This document shows positions 12,491 through 25,065 of a stretch of 64,000 nucleotides of DNA, piece by piece. The DNA comes from Oikopleura dioica (Eukaryota; Animalia; Chordata). How positions within the stretch are numbered: position 1 is the first letter of the stretch; the number at the start of each line of letters is the position of its first letter. The notes under the pieces were generated by a model. That model was not told where the DNA came from. It did no database searches and saw only the letters and a list, made by a program, of their open reading frames with translations. Location: contig OU015566.1 in assembly GCA_907165135.1 (NCBI GenBank), positions 2,976,001 to 3,040,000 of the forward strand, given 5' to 3'. The translations under genes were made by a program, and so were the position numbers.

Positions 12491-13843
12491 AGATGGCTGA
12501 GACTTATTTTTCTTCAGAAAAATGTCAAAGAATTTTTTTTATTCTGAAATGAATGACTTTCAGCCGAAAAAATTCCTTTATAAAGAGCGAAAAAGGGATA
12601 ATTTTCCCTTTTTTGATCCCCTTTGAAATTGATATTTCATGAAAGAAATAAAGAAAAAGATCGATGGATCGATTTTTAGTAATTAAACCAAGAAATTATC
12701 AAGACTTTTACATTTTGTGTTAAAATCTTTGACAAAATCTAAGTCCAAAATGCTGCAAACATCTATTTTCATAAAAATCTTCATTTGATTAAAGTCTTTG
12801 ACAAAACCTGAATTCAAGAGCTCTCTAGCAATGCTTCCTTCTGCCATCTTTCAAAAATCCTTATTTTTAATTCCTCTTTATGAAAACTCGCAAAAAATAA
12901 ATAAAAAAACAGCTTTAGATTTTGTGAACCTACAAAAAAAGGAGAACGAGGATTTCAGATTCTAGAGCGAAAAATAAGGCCGCAACTTTTAAAAAATGCT
13001 AAATTTTAGCAAAATCGTTGAGACACAATTTTCAAAAAATTAATTTCAGTATTTTAAGTCTTTCAATGAAAAAATCCTTCTGACATTTTGAAGATCAATG
13101 TTTAAAGAATAAATAAAAAATAAAATGAGATAAAGTTATCAGGGTTGTTTTTGAGTTATTCAAGCCTAAATATAGGCCATTTCGGCAAAGACGTTGACTT
13201 CAAGCCAAAATTTAGCCGGTTTTTTCCTTGAGCAATGGAGAAACCCCTCTGTAAAAGTAAGGATCTAGGATAGATCTAATTAATAAGCGCATATGGAGTT
13301 CGCCATCATATATAATTCCTGAGTTATTCAAGGCTCAACTTGGGGAAATCGAAGGTAGTACCCTTAAGCAAAAATATTATATTTTTGCTCAAGAAAAAAT
13401 ATTCGTTCTGGTTGAACTTAATCAGATATCATTTCGATTTCCGTCAAAGGACCATCTTCATCGATCTGCGAATAAACTCTTTTACTTCATTTATCAACTT
13501 GATGTCATTTACAACAAACATATCATTTCAATCATTTCGGTCAAAGTTGGGCCGCCAAAATTTATTTCCGGGCTTTGAAGCAGCTGATTCTTATTTCTCG
13601 AGATGAAGCTTGATAATTATCAAAATTTCGAAGCTCTTACCGACTTCTCAGTCTCACTCAGGAGAATTCCTCCTGGGCTATAAATATTTTTGCTCTCTTC
13701 AATTTTCAAGCCAGTCAAAAATTCTTCGGAGTTTTCTTTAAAGGTGTCCTAAGACTTCATTTTTAGTAGAGTCGAGATCAGAAAAAAAATTCAGTCTAGT
13801 ACATCATCTAGCGACTGAAAAAAGAGAGATGAAAGTTAATTAA

Positions 13844-14504
13844 GGGGGTGGTAGTCGAGAATACTTTTCTCGACTTTTTGAAATTTTGATTTTATTTTTG
13901 AATTCCTCGATGCAAAAGGAACATTTTTGGTCCCTACCATTTTTTGATTTGATCAACTTTATTTTAGAAAATATCGATTTTAAGTCGGGAATTTATGATT
14001 TTTCGAAACTTGGAAATTTGATTTCCTTTACTAAAACCGATATTAACATGATTTTTGCTGCGTGATATTGTCAAGATAAAAGATTTTACTAATAAATAGG
14101 CAATAATTGAGAATAGTTGTTATTTTTTCGAAAATTAAAGTTCAAATTGGGTGAAAATTGACGATTTTTATGAAAACTACATTTTTTAAATCAGGTTCTG
14201 CGACCTCAAAATGAAACAGAACCTTTTTTAAACTTATTTGCCCACACGCCTAAGGGTCTGAACTATCTTAAGAATAAATCAATTTTCGAAAAAAATTTAA
14301 GGGTTTTCTCACAATTTTGTCAAGAGATAGGTCCACTTTAGAAGCATATTTTGAGCTTTTTCCGAAAGAAAATTTTTTAAAAACTATGTCGCCCACATAA
14401 TTTGAACCCTTTCAAACCCATTTTCGATGAGAAAAGAAAAAATTTTTTTGAAAAATTTTGAGCTAATTTTGTTGAAAAAAATCCGATTCTCGACCACCAC
14501 CCCC
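13844..14504. mobile_element. TTAA-flanked MITE (Kolobok/T2-like), 661 bp, present only in duplicate copy 2
   Basis: 19-bp TIR GGGGGTGGT(A/G)GTCGAGAAT; TTAA at 13840-13843 and 14505-14508; empty site with a single TTAA in copy 1 near 10849. Confidence 0.95.
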
Positions 14505-15090
14505 TTAAGGGCTCAAATCAGCTGATGCCAAATATTTACCGAAATTCAATTCAGCTAATTTTGGTAAATTTATGGTCGTCATTTGATTGATCTCGCAATC
14601 GACTTCATATTTTCTTGAAAGGAAAACAATAAAGAAATATTGGTCTTTCGTCGTGTTATTCAGCAAAAAAATGTAAAAAGAGATGTTTTTTCAGTATAAT
14701 TTCGGAAGTAGAGCTGTTTACAGTAATGATTCTGTAAGATGCAAATTGAAAAAAGAGATGGTCGAGCCTGAAATGGTGGAAACTTTGGTTCTTTGCTTTA
14801 TGGAGACTTTTTGGCCAATCAGAGGACAGAAAAGCTTGGCTGCGCAAATCAGAGGCCATCTGGTCCTGGAAGAACCAATAAGATTCGCCCATTTTAGGCC
14901 GATTTTGGCCTTGAAACGTGCGGAGATTTGTGTGTTGGAACTGATTTCTTGAGCAAAAAAATGGTCATTCTTTCGGATGGGAGTGTGATGCAACAAAATT
15001 TTCGGAATTCGAACTAGTGTGAGAGCAGGTTACAGTAGAAACAGTTTCGTGATAAAAGTCGCGGTGACTCTTTTTCTTCGTTTTCGTTTT

Positions 15091-16004
15091 CTAGTTCATC
15101 TTATTCTTCAAATCGTCAAGGGCGTCATCGCCAAAGGCAAAGGGCCAGGCTTTGATAACGAGCAGAATGTTGAGGATGGAGGCAGCGACGATCCAGACGA
15201 CGATGAAAATGCCGACGCAGAGGATTTTGAGCGAGTCGCCGCAGTCTTGGCAAGCAGCGATGAAGATACCGAGGACGGTGACGATCAGGAAGAGAGCGGT
15301 GAAGAGGAGGGAGATCAGGGCGCAAATTGTGGTAGCCTGAAAAATTGAAGATTCGATCGAAATTTCTCATTCGAAAAGCAAGTCTGAAAACCATCCTTAC
15401 TTGTCTGAACAAAGACTTACCACAAGCAATTCTTTGCAGTCGAGTTTGATGGCCAAAACACCCATGAGGCCAACGAGGAATGCGAAGAAGGAGCTACCGT
15501 TTCCAGATGCCCTAGTTTTTTTTGGTTTAAAATGGTCCATTGTATTTTCGCTTACATTGATTTTCGATCACCACTTTCAGCACTTCGGTTGGTGATGCAA
15601 GAAAGAATTCCAGGGAGAACGGCGAAGGCGATCTGGATGATGCAGATCCAGAAGATAGCGCCGATGTCGCCCTTAAGATTCTTAAGTTAAGAAGATTGAT
15701 GAGTTCATTTCCCGCGAGGAAGGACTTGAGGTTCGTCAGAAAGCTGGGGCAAATAAAAAATCAGCTGAATTGGTAAACAAGTTATAAATTTATGACGCTG
15801 CAAAAGTAAAAATTCCGCTCATGAAAATAAAATAAACTCTATGATGAGTACCAACAGTGTTAAATACCTTTGCCTTGTCATTGAGGCCGACTGCGCCCAT
15901 GACTCGATCAGCAAAGCCCTCAACAGTCTTGATCCATGGTGTTCCGATTTGAGCCTCTCCAGGCCACCACCAGTCTTCGCCGTAGGATGTTTGGATGTCA
16001 GAAG
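15091..16004 (-). CDS. Four-pass membrane protein, CD20/MS4A-like (copy 2)
   Basis: Duplicate of 11434-12344; the differences I noticed fall in introns. Confidence 0.7.
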
Positions 16005-17461
16005 CTGAATTATCGATAAAGATTCGCATATTACAATTGAGCTCGGCAAACTGTGTGAAAACCTGATTCAGGGTCCCGGAAAAGCTTTGATTAATAATGC
16101 AAAGATCTTTCATGACCCTGACACAGGTCTTTCGACCGGTTGCCGAGCCCAGATGGCTGAGACTTATTTTTCTTCAGAAAAATGTCAAAGAATTTTTTTT
16201 ATTCTGAAATGAATGACTTTCAGCCGAAAAAATTCCTTTATAAAGAGCGAAAAAGGGATAATTTTCCCTTTTTTGATCCCCTTTGAAATTGATATTTCAT
16301 GAAAGAAATAAAGAAAAAGATCGATGGATCGATTTTTAGTAATTAAACCAAGAAATTATCAAGACTTTTACATTTTGTGTTAAAATCTTTGACAAAATCT
16401 AAGTCCAAAATGCTGCAAACATCTATTTTCATAAAAATCTTCATTTGATTAAAGTCTTTGACAAAACCTGAATTCAAGAGCTCTCTAGCAATGCTTCCTT
16501 CTGCCATCTTTCAAAAATCCTTATTTTTAATTCCTCTTTATGAAAACTCGCAAAAAATAAATAAAAAAACAGCTTTAGATTTTGTGAACCTACAAAAAAA
16601 GGAGAACGATCAATTTTGCTGTTTTACATCGTCCCAGGGGATGAGGTCACGGACCAGACTCACGTCTCAGAAGAAAAATACTGTGCTAATTAACCGAGTT
16701 TGGGAGAGATAATGAGCTGCATAAGCTGGTTCCCATTTCCTTTAACGAAAAATCGATCAATAAATTAAAAAAAATTCCTTAAAAAGCGCGAAAAATTACG
16801 GGAAAAACAATCAAATTTAAAGCCTATATAAAAGCAGCTCCCCCTATTTTCAGGTTGACCCCCTTTAAGGGGGCCCCTTATTCAAATAAATAATTACCCT
16901 CTCGAATAATCCGCATTTTATGATAGAGTCTCTCAAAAATTCAACAAAAAATTCAATTCTTTCAAAAATCAGAAAGTGCCATAAAAAGTGATCTCAATGT
17001 CGACTGTTTTACGACCAAGGAGGATCACCTCTCGTAAAGATTTTTCACGCTCGAATCATTAAATTAATCATTATATTATTCAAGCACAAGTTTAGCGAAT
17101 ATGGCAAATTTCTGATGAGACTTTTTAATTAATTTTTTATTTTAAAAATTTCTTACCAATGTCTTCAATTTCGCCGGGAATATCTCTTGCAAATCTCATT
17201 TTTCGCGGATTTCTTTTTCTGGAAATTGTCACTGTACTTTTCAATTTCAAACAAAAAAGTGCGAAGTCGTGAATGGCGAGCTGATTCAGTTTTATCAAAA
17301 GGCCCCAGGCGCCCAGAGGGGAGGCGAAAAACGGCTGACGCACTGTAGCGGGGGCGGGCGATGGTATTCCTCATTCCCGGACGCGATCCATCGAAGAAAG
17401 GGAGAACTGATTTTCAAAATTTATTATGAAAGACACAGGAACGTTTTTATCAAGTTTTGAT

Positions 17462-18557
17462 TCACCCGAAATTCTCACAAAGCTCATGAAGGTACTCGGG
17501 CTCATCTGTTTCGTCTTTTTCACAGTCTTCAAGCCCGAAATGGCTGATGCATGCGCTTACATTGTAATAAGTTGATTTCAAGCATGTATTTCCTACTTCA
17601 TAGCATTCTAAAAAATGTTTTTTTGGCTTCGCTTTTTTCTGGCGATCTTTACCTACTTCAAACATATTACAGTGTTTTATAGGATAAAATTTATCCAATA
17701 AACAAATATTTTTTTCATGAAGATCATTCATAAAGTCGCACTCCCTAGGATGTGTGATCACTCTTCTGGTTGTTGTTGTTGTAGTCGTTGTTGTAGTTGT
17801 TGTTGTAGTAGTTGTTGATGTAGTATTTGTTATAGTTCTTGTTGTTGTAGTAGTTGTTGTTGTAGGTGTCTGTGTAGTTGTTCTTGTAGTAGTTGTTGTA
17901 GTTGTAGTTGTAGTAGTTCCAGTTTTTGTTGTTGAAGTTGTTGTTGTCGTGGTTTTTGCTGTTGTAGTTGTTGCTGTGTTTGTTGAAGTCGTTTTTATTA
18001 ATCTTGTGGAAGAAATTGATGGAGAAGTCGTTGAAGCTGTAGCGGTTGTTGAATAAGTTGCCCCAGAAGTTGTGGTGGGTATTGCTATAGAGGTGGCCAT
18101 AGAAATATTCATAGCAGGATGGAACATTCAGATTTGGAAAATTTAGGAGCCACAAAGGTGAACGATTTGAGCATATATAACTATTAACTGGATAAAAAAA
18201 CGCATCGGCAAAACTCAAATTTTTGCGCCATAATGTTCCACCCTGGTCGAATAAGTTGTAGGAGAAATAGACGTGAACATCGTTGTACTGTGAACAGCGT
18301 TTGGATATGTCAAAATGGACGTTGAAGTAGTATTATCGACATCTGGCTTTGTTGCTGGTGCAATCGTTTGCGGGATGGTAATCGCAAGAGTCAAGCAAAT
18401 AAGAACAAACAATACACTCGCAATTACAACCTAAAAAGTTTGTCATCCCAATTCGCAAATTTATTATCAACCCATGGTTTTATTCTTGATTTTTAACTTC
18501 TTGATAATCGCTATCAAGATTTTCTCTCGAATCAGATCTTGCACTTTTGGGTGTCAT
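17462..18557 (-). CDS. Type II membrane protein with Thr-rich stalk and C-terminal Cys domain (paralogue A)
   Basis: TM VVIASVLFVLICLTLAITIP, poly-Thr stalk, then ECDFMNDLHEKNICLLDKFYPIKHC...CYEVGNTCLKSTY..C...CEKDETDEPEYLHELC. Needs one extra base in the T5 run near 18490. Confidence 0.75.
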
Positions 18558-18762
18558 TTGATGTTATGCGCGAATATTGAACTGAAGAACTTGCTCTTCT
18601 ATTTGTCTATACTTTCGATAAGGATGACAACTTTGACAGTGTCCAATCGTCGATCTCCGATATCTTTCCTTAGGCGCCTGTTGGTCGCTAGTTTTTATTA
18701 AAAAAGAATTGATGTATTCAGTAGAAAAATAAAAAAGGCAAGCGTGAGCACATTGAAAGTTT

Positions 18763-21700
18763 CTACAAGTCTGAGCCGTGAGCATCGTTGAGCGTCGATC
18801 GAAAATCATTTATGAAGTCAGCGAAAGTTTTGAAAAAGTTTTCCGATTTGATGACCGTCGGGTTTTCGCTGAAAGCCTTCGCGGTTTGAAAAAATTGTCG
18901 ATTCGCCTGAATAAGTGTTGACGAAGGCATAAAAAAGGAGTCTTACCTGAGCCATGGCGATTTCCAAGTCGATGAGGATCTTGTCAGATTGATGAAGATA
19001 TTCTCTTTTTTCGGGGTTTTCAAAGGTTTCTCTGGCGTAAGACAAAGGATTTTTCGAATCAACACTAAGAAAATTTCCCCTTGTTGGTCATTTTATCCAT
19101 CAAAAAAATGCCAAGAATTGAAAACTCCGTCCCTAATAATCTTCGGAAAATTATCCTTTGAATTCACTCTTCTCATCGTGTTAATTTTCTTTGACAGCCA
19201 GTTGCACTCATTTCGGTACCGCTGCATTTCATATCGCAAAGCTCCAAAATGCACTAAAACTCGCACTCAGAAAAAACCGAAAATGTTCAAAATTACCCTT
19301 GGAAGCTTCCGGAACAAACTGCAGTTCTTCTTCAAAATCCAATAAGTCCTCGCCAATAAGCTTAAATATCCAGTTGAGAAAAGAAATCAAAATTTAAATG
19401 TCAGTTTCTTACGCGATTTTGTATAAGGGGCCATTCAATAAAAATTTTATGACAATGAAAATGGCAAAATGGGCGATATAAAAGAAGTTCTTACTCAAGC
19501 AAACTTTCATTCGAGCATTGAGTTGTCAAGAAAAAGGTCAAATTATGAAATTATTTTTAGCGCTTTTTGCAATTTCTCAAGGTTTGGTTGAGTAAATAAA
19601 AACATGAATGAAATTATTTTGTAGCGAATCTGAGATTGTCGGTAACAGATAGTGTTCTTGGGAATCTTGCTGATGGAATCGAAGGTGAGAGGAAGAAAAG
19701 TCGATATGAGAGATAGCTGTCCTTTAGAGCGGGGTCGGACGGTGCCGGTACCAATCCAAAATTGGTACCCGGTACCAAATTTTTGGTACCCGGTACCAAA
19801 AAAATGTCAGAATACCGAGCCAAAATTGATTTTAAAAGGTTAATTCGGTCAATAAATGGAGTTTCTTCACACTTCAGCCGCGGAGCGGACATTAGTTTTT
19901 CGATGATTCAGAAAAAATGCTTGACTTTGGTACCGGATACCAAATTTTTGGTACCGGGTACCAATTTTGGTACCGGGTACCAATTTGGTACCGGCACCGT
20001 CCGTCTCCCCCTTAGAGCGCCCCCTTAACCGTACCCTGGGCTATCCCCCCTAAGGCCTCACGCCCCCCCAACTTCGGTGTCCTGACCCCAATCAAATTTC
20101 ATCCCAGTGACTGACACAGCCCCAAACCCTGTCTACCGAAATGATGATCAATTTTAGTGACAATTTTCGATGGAAAATCGGAGCAAAATGCGACTCATTC
20201 TTGGACAAATTGGTCAAATCCCCAAAAACTGTAAGAAAAATTGCCTTAGTCGGGTCAGAAAGGGTCTTATTTGTCTTTTCAGAGGATATTCCGAACAGAA
20301 TGGACTCGAGAAAACGACCCTTTCGGAAGGTCAACTTTACCGGATTCATTTTGCATCCGGGAAATTCTATGGAATCGAAGCACCGTTTTTCCCCGAGCCG
20401 ACATTCGATTTTAAAATGGTGCCAGTTCCTGAGGAGAAAGAACTGATGCTTTCCGTTCTTATTTCTCCCTATGCCTACAGGTAAAAATCGAAGTAAAACA
20501 TTTCTGAGATGAATTAAAGCACCGACGCGAAAATGGTTCCGAAAGGATCAGGTGCAAGAGCTGTTATTGTAAGTCTCTTCACCCTGCTTCTTGCTTACTG
20601 TAGTTTCTGATACCGCGCAGCAGTAACAATAAACTCACCTTTATTCGTTCGATCAGATCCAAAATCGCCCCCTTCGCCGATTCCCCGGACTCCGATTTGA
20701 TAAAAGTCTTCAAATATTGAAGTTTGAAAGCATTTTCGTTTTCCGACTTTGGCGGGGCTTTTTGATTGACTCGATCAAGGGCTCGGGATTTTTTCTGTTT
20801 TTGGTGTTCTTTTTGGGTCAGAAAATATTCGAAAAGGAGTCTCAAAGTTAATTTTTGACCATTCCTTGAGTCAAAATCAACTTGCAAATTTCTCCGAATT
20901 TCTCGCTTTTTCTCAAGGATGTAGCCGCTTTTGTCATCAGATTGAAGATCGGAAGAATTATGTCTAAAAACCATAAGAAAAAAAACCTCCATTGAAAACA
21001 TACCGCCGCGGCCATCGAACTCCATCTTGAAAATCATGCATTTGAGTCGCAATGGAGCATCAGAAATACTCATCAATGCATGGGCTAGGGCATCAGCTTC
21101 GTTGATTTCAGCTCTTGAATGGATCTTTTCGAGGATTTTTTGTAACTCCTTTTCGTCTGGGAGGTTTCTAGACGAAAGGATCAGAGTTTGTCAGAAATAA
21201 AGGACGCGCTTACTTGAGAAGAGTTTTCAGATGACAGACGTCTAATTTTCCCGGATTTCCGGTAATCAAACATCGAGCGACATCATGTGGTGAGGATCTG
21301 AGATGAGTGAGGAGAATTGAGAGATTTTGCGCCTTCGAATGATGAATCATTGGTTTGATACTTGTCTTGAGCATCGATCGGATTCGACCATCTTTATTTG
21401 GTGTTTCCGCTGAAGACAGATGGTTATGGTTTGGGTTAGGGGTGATAAGAAACGGTAGGATAATTTTCTACCTGGGAGTGGCTCTGGACTTGGTGGAGGA
21501 GGTGGTCTAGCAAAAGAAGTCAACTTCTGCTGAAAACCTAGAATTTTTGTCAGATGAAGAACAACAAAGAAATTTGAACCTGGAGACGTGGGCTCGTTTT
21601 CGTTCTCAAGCGAATCCTCTGAGTGAATACTCGGAGTAGCCGGTGGCGGAAGTGAAGGAGAAGAATCGGTTTTCCAGCATTTTCGTCTTCCACTACCTTT

Positions 21701-23519
21701 TCTAGCGCTCATGTGCCGCGCTTTTGGAGCTTGGAAGTTGATTCCATCGACAGTTCTTCAATTTTGATGAGGGTAAAAATGATGAATAGTCTTACTCATG
21801 TGAGCTGATCATTTTCCGCTGAAGCGCTTTTCTCATCGAAGTTTCATCTGATCCCCCTGAGAAAGACCTGTTACTTCCTGCTGAGCTTGTTCTTCCTCCT
21901 CTTTCAAATCGCCCTTGCACCCGGGAAACTTCTTCTTCTGACAAGAAATTCTCCAAAAATGTGAAAAACTGGGTCCGGTCATAATCAGATGAGGTAAATT
22001 CTTCGCCGAGTTCTAACCCAAGTCTATTGAAGTCCTTGTGACCTCGGTACTCGTTGCAGATTCTCTCCATTCGCGAAATATCCGCTCGGGAAAGGCTGTT
22101 TGGGTGAGTTGGGGAAACAGAAGTCGTGGCGTCCTTGCCGAGTTTCACATTGTCGATGATGACCAAGACGGGGTTTGGGCCGCAGGAGGTCAAAATCTGG
22201 ACGATTTTTGAGCGGTTGAAGTTTTTGATTGAAATTTCATTGACGGAGAGGAGCTGGTCGCCGATTTGAATTCCGGATTTTTCAGCGGGAGAACCAGGCT
22301 TGATGTCTTAAGAGATTAAAGGGTGAATAGGAGCATTATAATAAGGGGCTCACTGTACTAATTTGTAAAGGAGAACTTGACTGTATGTTACCTGAAATAG
22401 TGACTGGATATTCGCCCTTGATCGTAAACCCGAAACCTTCCGATTCGGTCTTCCTAATGACCAGTTTTCTGACATTACCATTATTCATCCTTTCAAAATC
22501 AAGGTCCGGTCTTCGAGGTCGCTCGAATTTCTCAGGGGTAAATCTTTGAACCTACAAAAAACTTGTTCTCTTCCTTGATTTCAAAGAAAATCATTACCTT
22601 CGGAAGGGGCCCGGATTTGGGACGACGAAGGAGTTTTGGAATAGCAGGTGGGGCTGAAGGAAGAATCGGTTGCTGGTTAGGCTTCGTCGACTTCAAAATC
22701 GGCTGTGGCTGGTGGTTATTGTCTTCTTTTCTCCGATTCTCTCTGAGCAAATTGTCGAATCTCGGTCTGTCTGCCGTGGGCAAAAAGCCGCTTAATGAAA
22801 TTTCAAAGACGTTTTCAAAAATTCATGGAATACCGTAATGCATGGAGAATAAACTCCTCAGCCGGGTGGCATAATAACGTCGTTAATTTTTCAAACAGGA
22901 GGTCGAGATTTCGGTCGTGCGTGTAGACCTTTAGAGCGCGAAGCAATCGCTAGAATTAATTATGAATTGACTGGCAAAAGATTAAGTATCTTAAGAACGC
23001 CTTCTGTCTGGGCGCAGGAACCTTTGTGAAAACCTGAGTCAGGGTCCTAAGAGAGACCTCAGAAAGCCACACAGGACCATAACTCAGGTTTCAGTACAGG
23101 GTACCTATCGTAGAGCAGAGTCATTCTGTACCTCATAAGTTTCGAAATGATCATCTCCCAAAGTCTGCTGAAGCGTCTTGAGAAACATCTGGGTCTTGAT
23201 ATCTCCCTGTCCATAAAGCTCAAAGTATCGTTTAGCAGAAATCATCTTCGGCGTTGATTTCTTCCGAACGACTCCTGTTGTTATCATTTGCCCCTTGTGC
23301 TGGCCAATCATTGGGAGAACGATGTCCGTTCCGTTTGAATTTGACATTCCATTAACCTAAAAATTCAATCAGTTCAAGGATGAAATTTTTGATGATGCCT
23401 TGAGTGAAAGGCTAACAGGAACTTCTGGTTGGAAACGATATCTACTGCCATAAATCGTTGTTTCTCTAACAAAAGCCATTTGGGCTCCGGCAAAATGAAA
23501 AATCTCGACTGACAGTCAT
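18763..23519 (-). CDS. GRID2IP: Delphilin-like formin (PDZ, harmonin-N-like, short FH1, FH2)
   Basis: HN-like LHALRGFLPTADRPRFDNLL; PDZ GFGFTIKGEYPVTIS..PGSPAEKSGIQIGDQLLSVN; FH2 KAQNLSILLTHL, APLRLKCMIFK, EDLLDFEEELQFVPEASK, AFSENPTVIKSENFFKTFADFINDF. 5' end uncertain. Confidence 0.8.
19731..20011. mobile_element. 281-bp MITE with subterminal GGTACC repeats
   Basis: Arms CGGACGGTGCCGGTACCAA / TTGGTACCGGCACCGTCCG, about eleven GGTACC sites, flanked by direct repeat TTAGAGC (19724-19730 / 20012-20018). Confidence 0.85.
23010..23100. repeat. CCTGASTCAGG-family palindromic repeat in a delphilin intron
   Basis: GTGAAAACCTGAGTCAGGGTCC at ~23026-23047 with a degenerate inverted arm. Confidence 0.55.
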
Positions 23520-24089
23520 CATTGTTTATGTTTTCTTTTTCGAGGGAATTTTTAATGAAGGCAATTTATTATTCATATCAATATTTTTTACAAGGAAAAG
23601 GTAAAATTTGACGGCGAACTGCTTGTTTCCTGTGAGTTCTTTGCAATTTGAATTATGTTAGATTTGTTTCAACTCTGAAAACCATAAAACAATTTCAGTC
23701 ATATGAAAATCTGATTTTTCGTATTTCTCAGAGTTTCAATTTTCGAATGAAATTCTTTTCAACCGTTTCTATCGAACCTTTATCCACTAGAATTTTTAAA
23801 ACTCATCTTACAATATCAAGAAAATTCGGAGTTCTCCTGCCACAAGACGGTGGAGTCAATCGACGCGTGAATTCTCTAAATTGCAGCTCGTTTTTTCTCC
23901 CAGCCATAATTCGTTTTCTCGCTTTTTTCCTCGATCTTTTCGAAACTTCCAAAACTACGAAAATAATTCAACCCCGGCGAATTCAAGCGAAACAAATTCA
24001 TAAATACGGAATCGTGATTTTTTGCTCAGAGAGAACTACATTATTCATGGCGCGAATTTTCTGCTGGAAATGAGACGGAAATTCACATT

Positions 24090-25065
24090 TTATTTACAGT
24101 AAATTTTTCTAAAAAAATCATACAAGCGTTTCAGCTTTATGAACTTTTTGAACAGGCAAATATTCGTTATCAGAAGAGTCCATCGAACTAAAATCATTTT
24201 AACGCCTTTTTCGAGCGGCTGAATTTCAAACCTGAAGCCAGTATCGGAATCAGAATCCCTCAAATCGTTGAATTTCGAGCAGTTGTTTTCCGAAAAACTC
24301 GGGCGAAGGAGATTGTTCATTGAAGGCCAGCGACATGTCCTTGTTGATTTCATGGAATTCAGGGTTGCTGATCGACGCATTGAGTTTATTGGAGTGTGTT
24401 TGTTGATTTGGGATTTGAGGAGATTTGCTCGATTTTCGATAAATTCCAGATTCTTAAAAAAATATTTTCTACTATCTGAAAAACGGACACCTCAAAGTAC
24501 AACAAGGAAGTCTATATAGAGATTGATTACCTTTTGAATATTCATATTCTCCTGATCAAAATGACCGAGGCAAGTTGGCGCCAGTAATCCGGCAATTTGT
24601 CGGTCTAAACTTGAGATGATCCGTCTTTGCTGCTCGATCTGCTGCTCTTGAAGTAAAATACTCTTGAGACACGCTTCTTCTGCCGTTTCATTTTTGTCTA
24701 AAATTCCTTTCACAAAGAATTTTTTTTGAAACCTACGATTAATAATTTTTAAATGGAGTTCATGATCACCGTCATTTTCTTTCGATCTTCTTGGCAGTCT
24801 TGAAATAATCGTCGAATGGCTTCATTTCGGATAGTCACGTGAAAATAAGAACGAAAAATGTTTCGTTTGAGATTTTTGTGTTTGGCGGATCCGAGTCTTA
24901 AGTCTTCCTGTTTGAGTGCTTCAGGTCCGATCCGTCGGAGGCAGAAATTTTCGTTTCTGACGAAACGTGAAAGGGAAGAACTTTTTTCACGCAAATGACT
25001 TGATATCCGGCTTGATTGGAAGATCGAGGAAAGCTGTTCTTCGACAAGGGCGGATATAACATCTG
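24090..25065 (-). CDS. Uncharacterised spliced gene, partly coiled-coil
   Basis: Several open segments (DVISALVEEQLSS..., LLQEQQIEQQRRIISSLDRQIAGL) with short intron-like gaps; no domain recognised. Confidence 0.35.

Larger units (their letters stand above)
9961..16609. repeat. Near-identical direct tandem duplication (unit ~2.99 kb; copy 1 9961-12949, copy 2 12952-16609)
   Basis: ORF track and sequence repeat at offsets 2991/2992, then 3657/3660. The 665-bp jump equals one MITE plus its TSD. Confidence 0.97.

Noticed and set aside
16845-16885. CCCCT-TTAA-GGGGG junction as further TTAA MITE ends
   Set aside because: I could not find matching partner TIRs in the window.
17745-18218. Poly-Val and poly-Asn/Tyr ORFs (also 32812-33384)
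   Set aside because: Alternative frames and strands of the ACA/ACT Thr-codon repeats in the mucin stalks.
19614-20028. ORFs with repeated LVPGT/WYPVP
   Set aside because: Translations of the GGTACC repeats in the MITE.
23105-23347. Stand-alone 80-aa gene
   Set aside because: Splicing at the internal GTACAG donor continues in frame into the harmonin-N-like domain of the delphilin-like gene.
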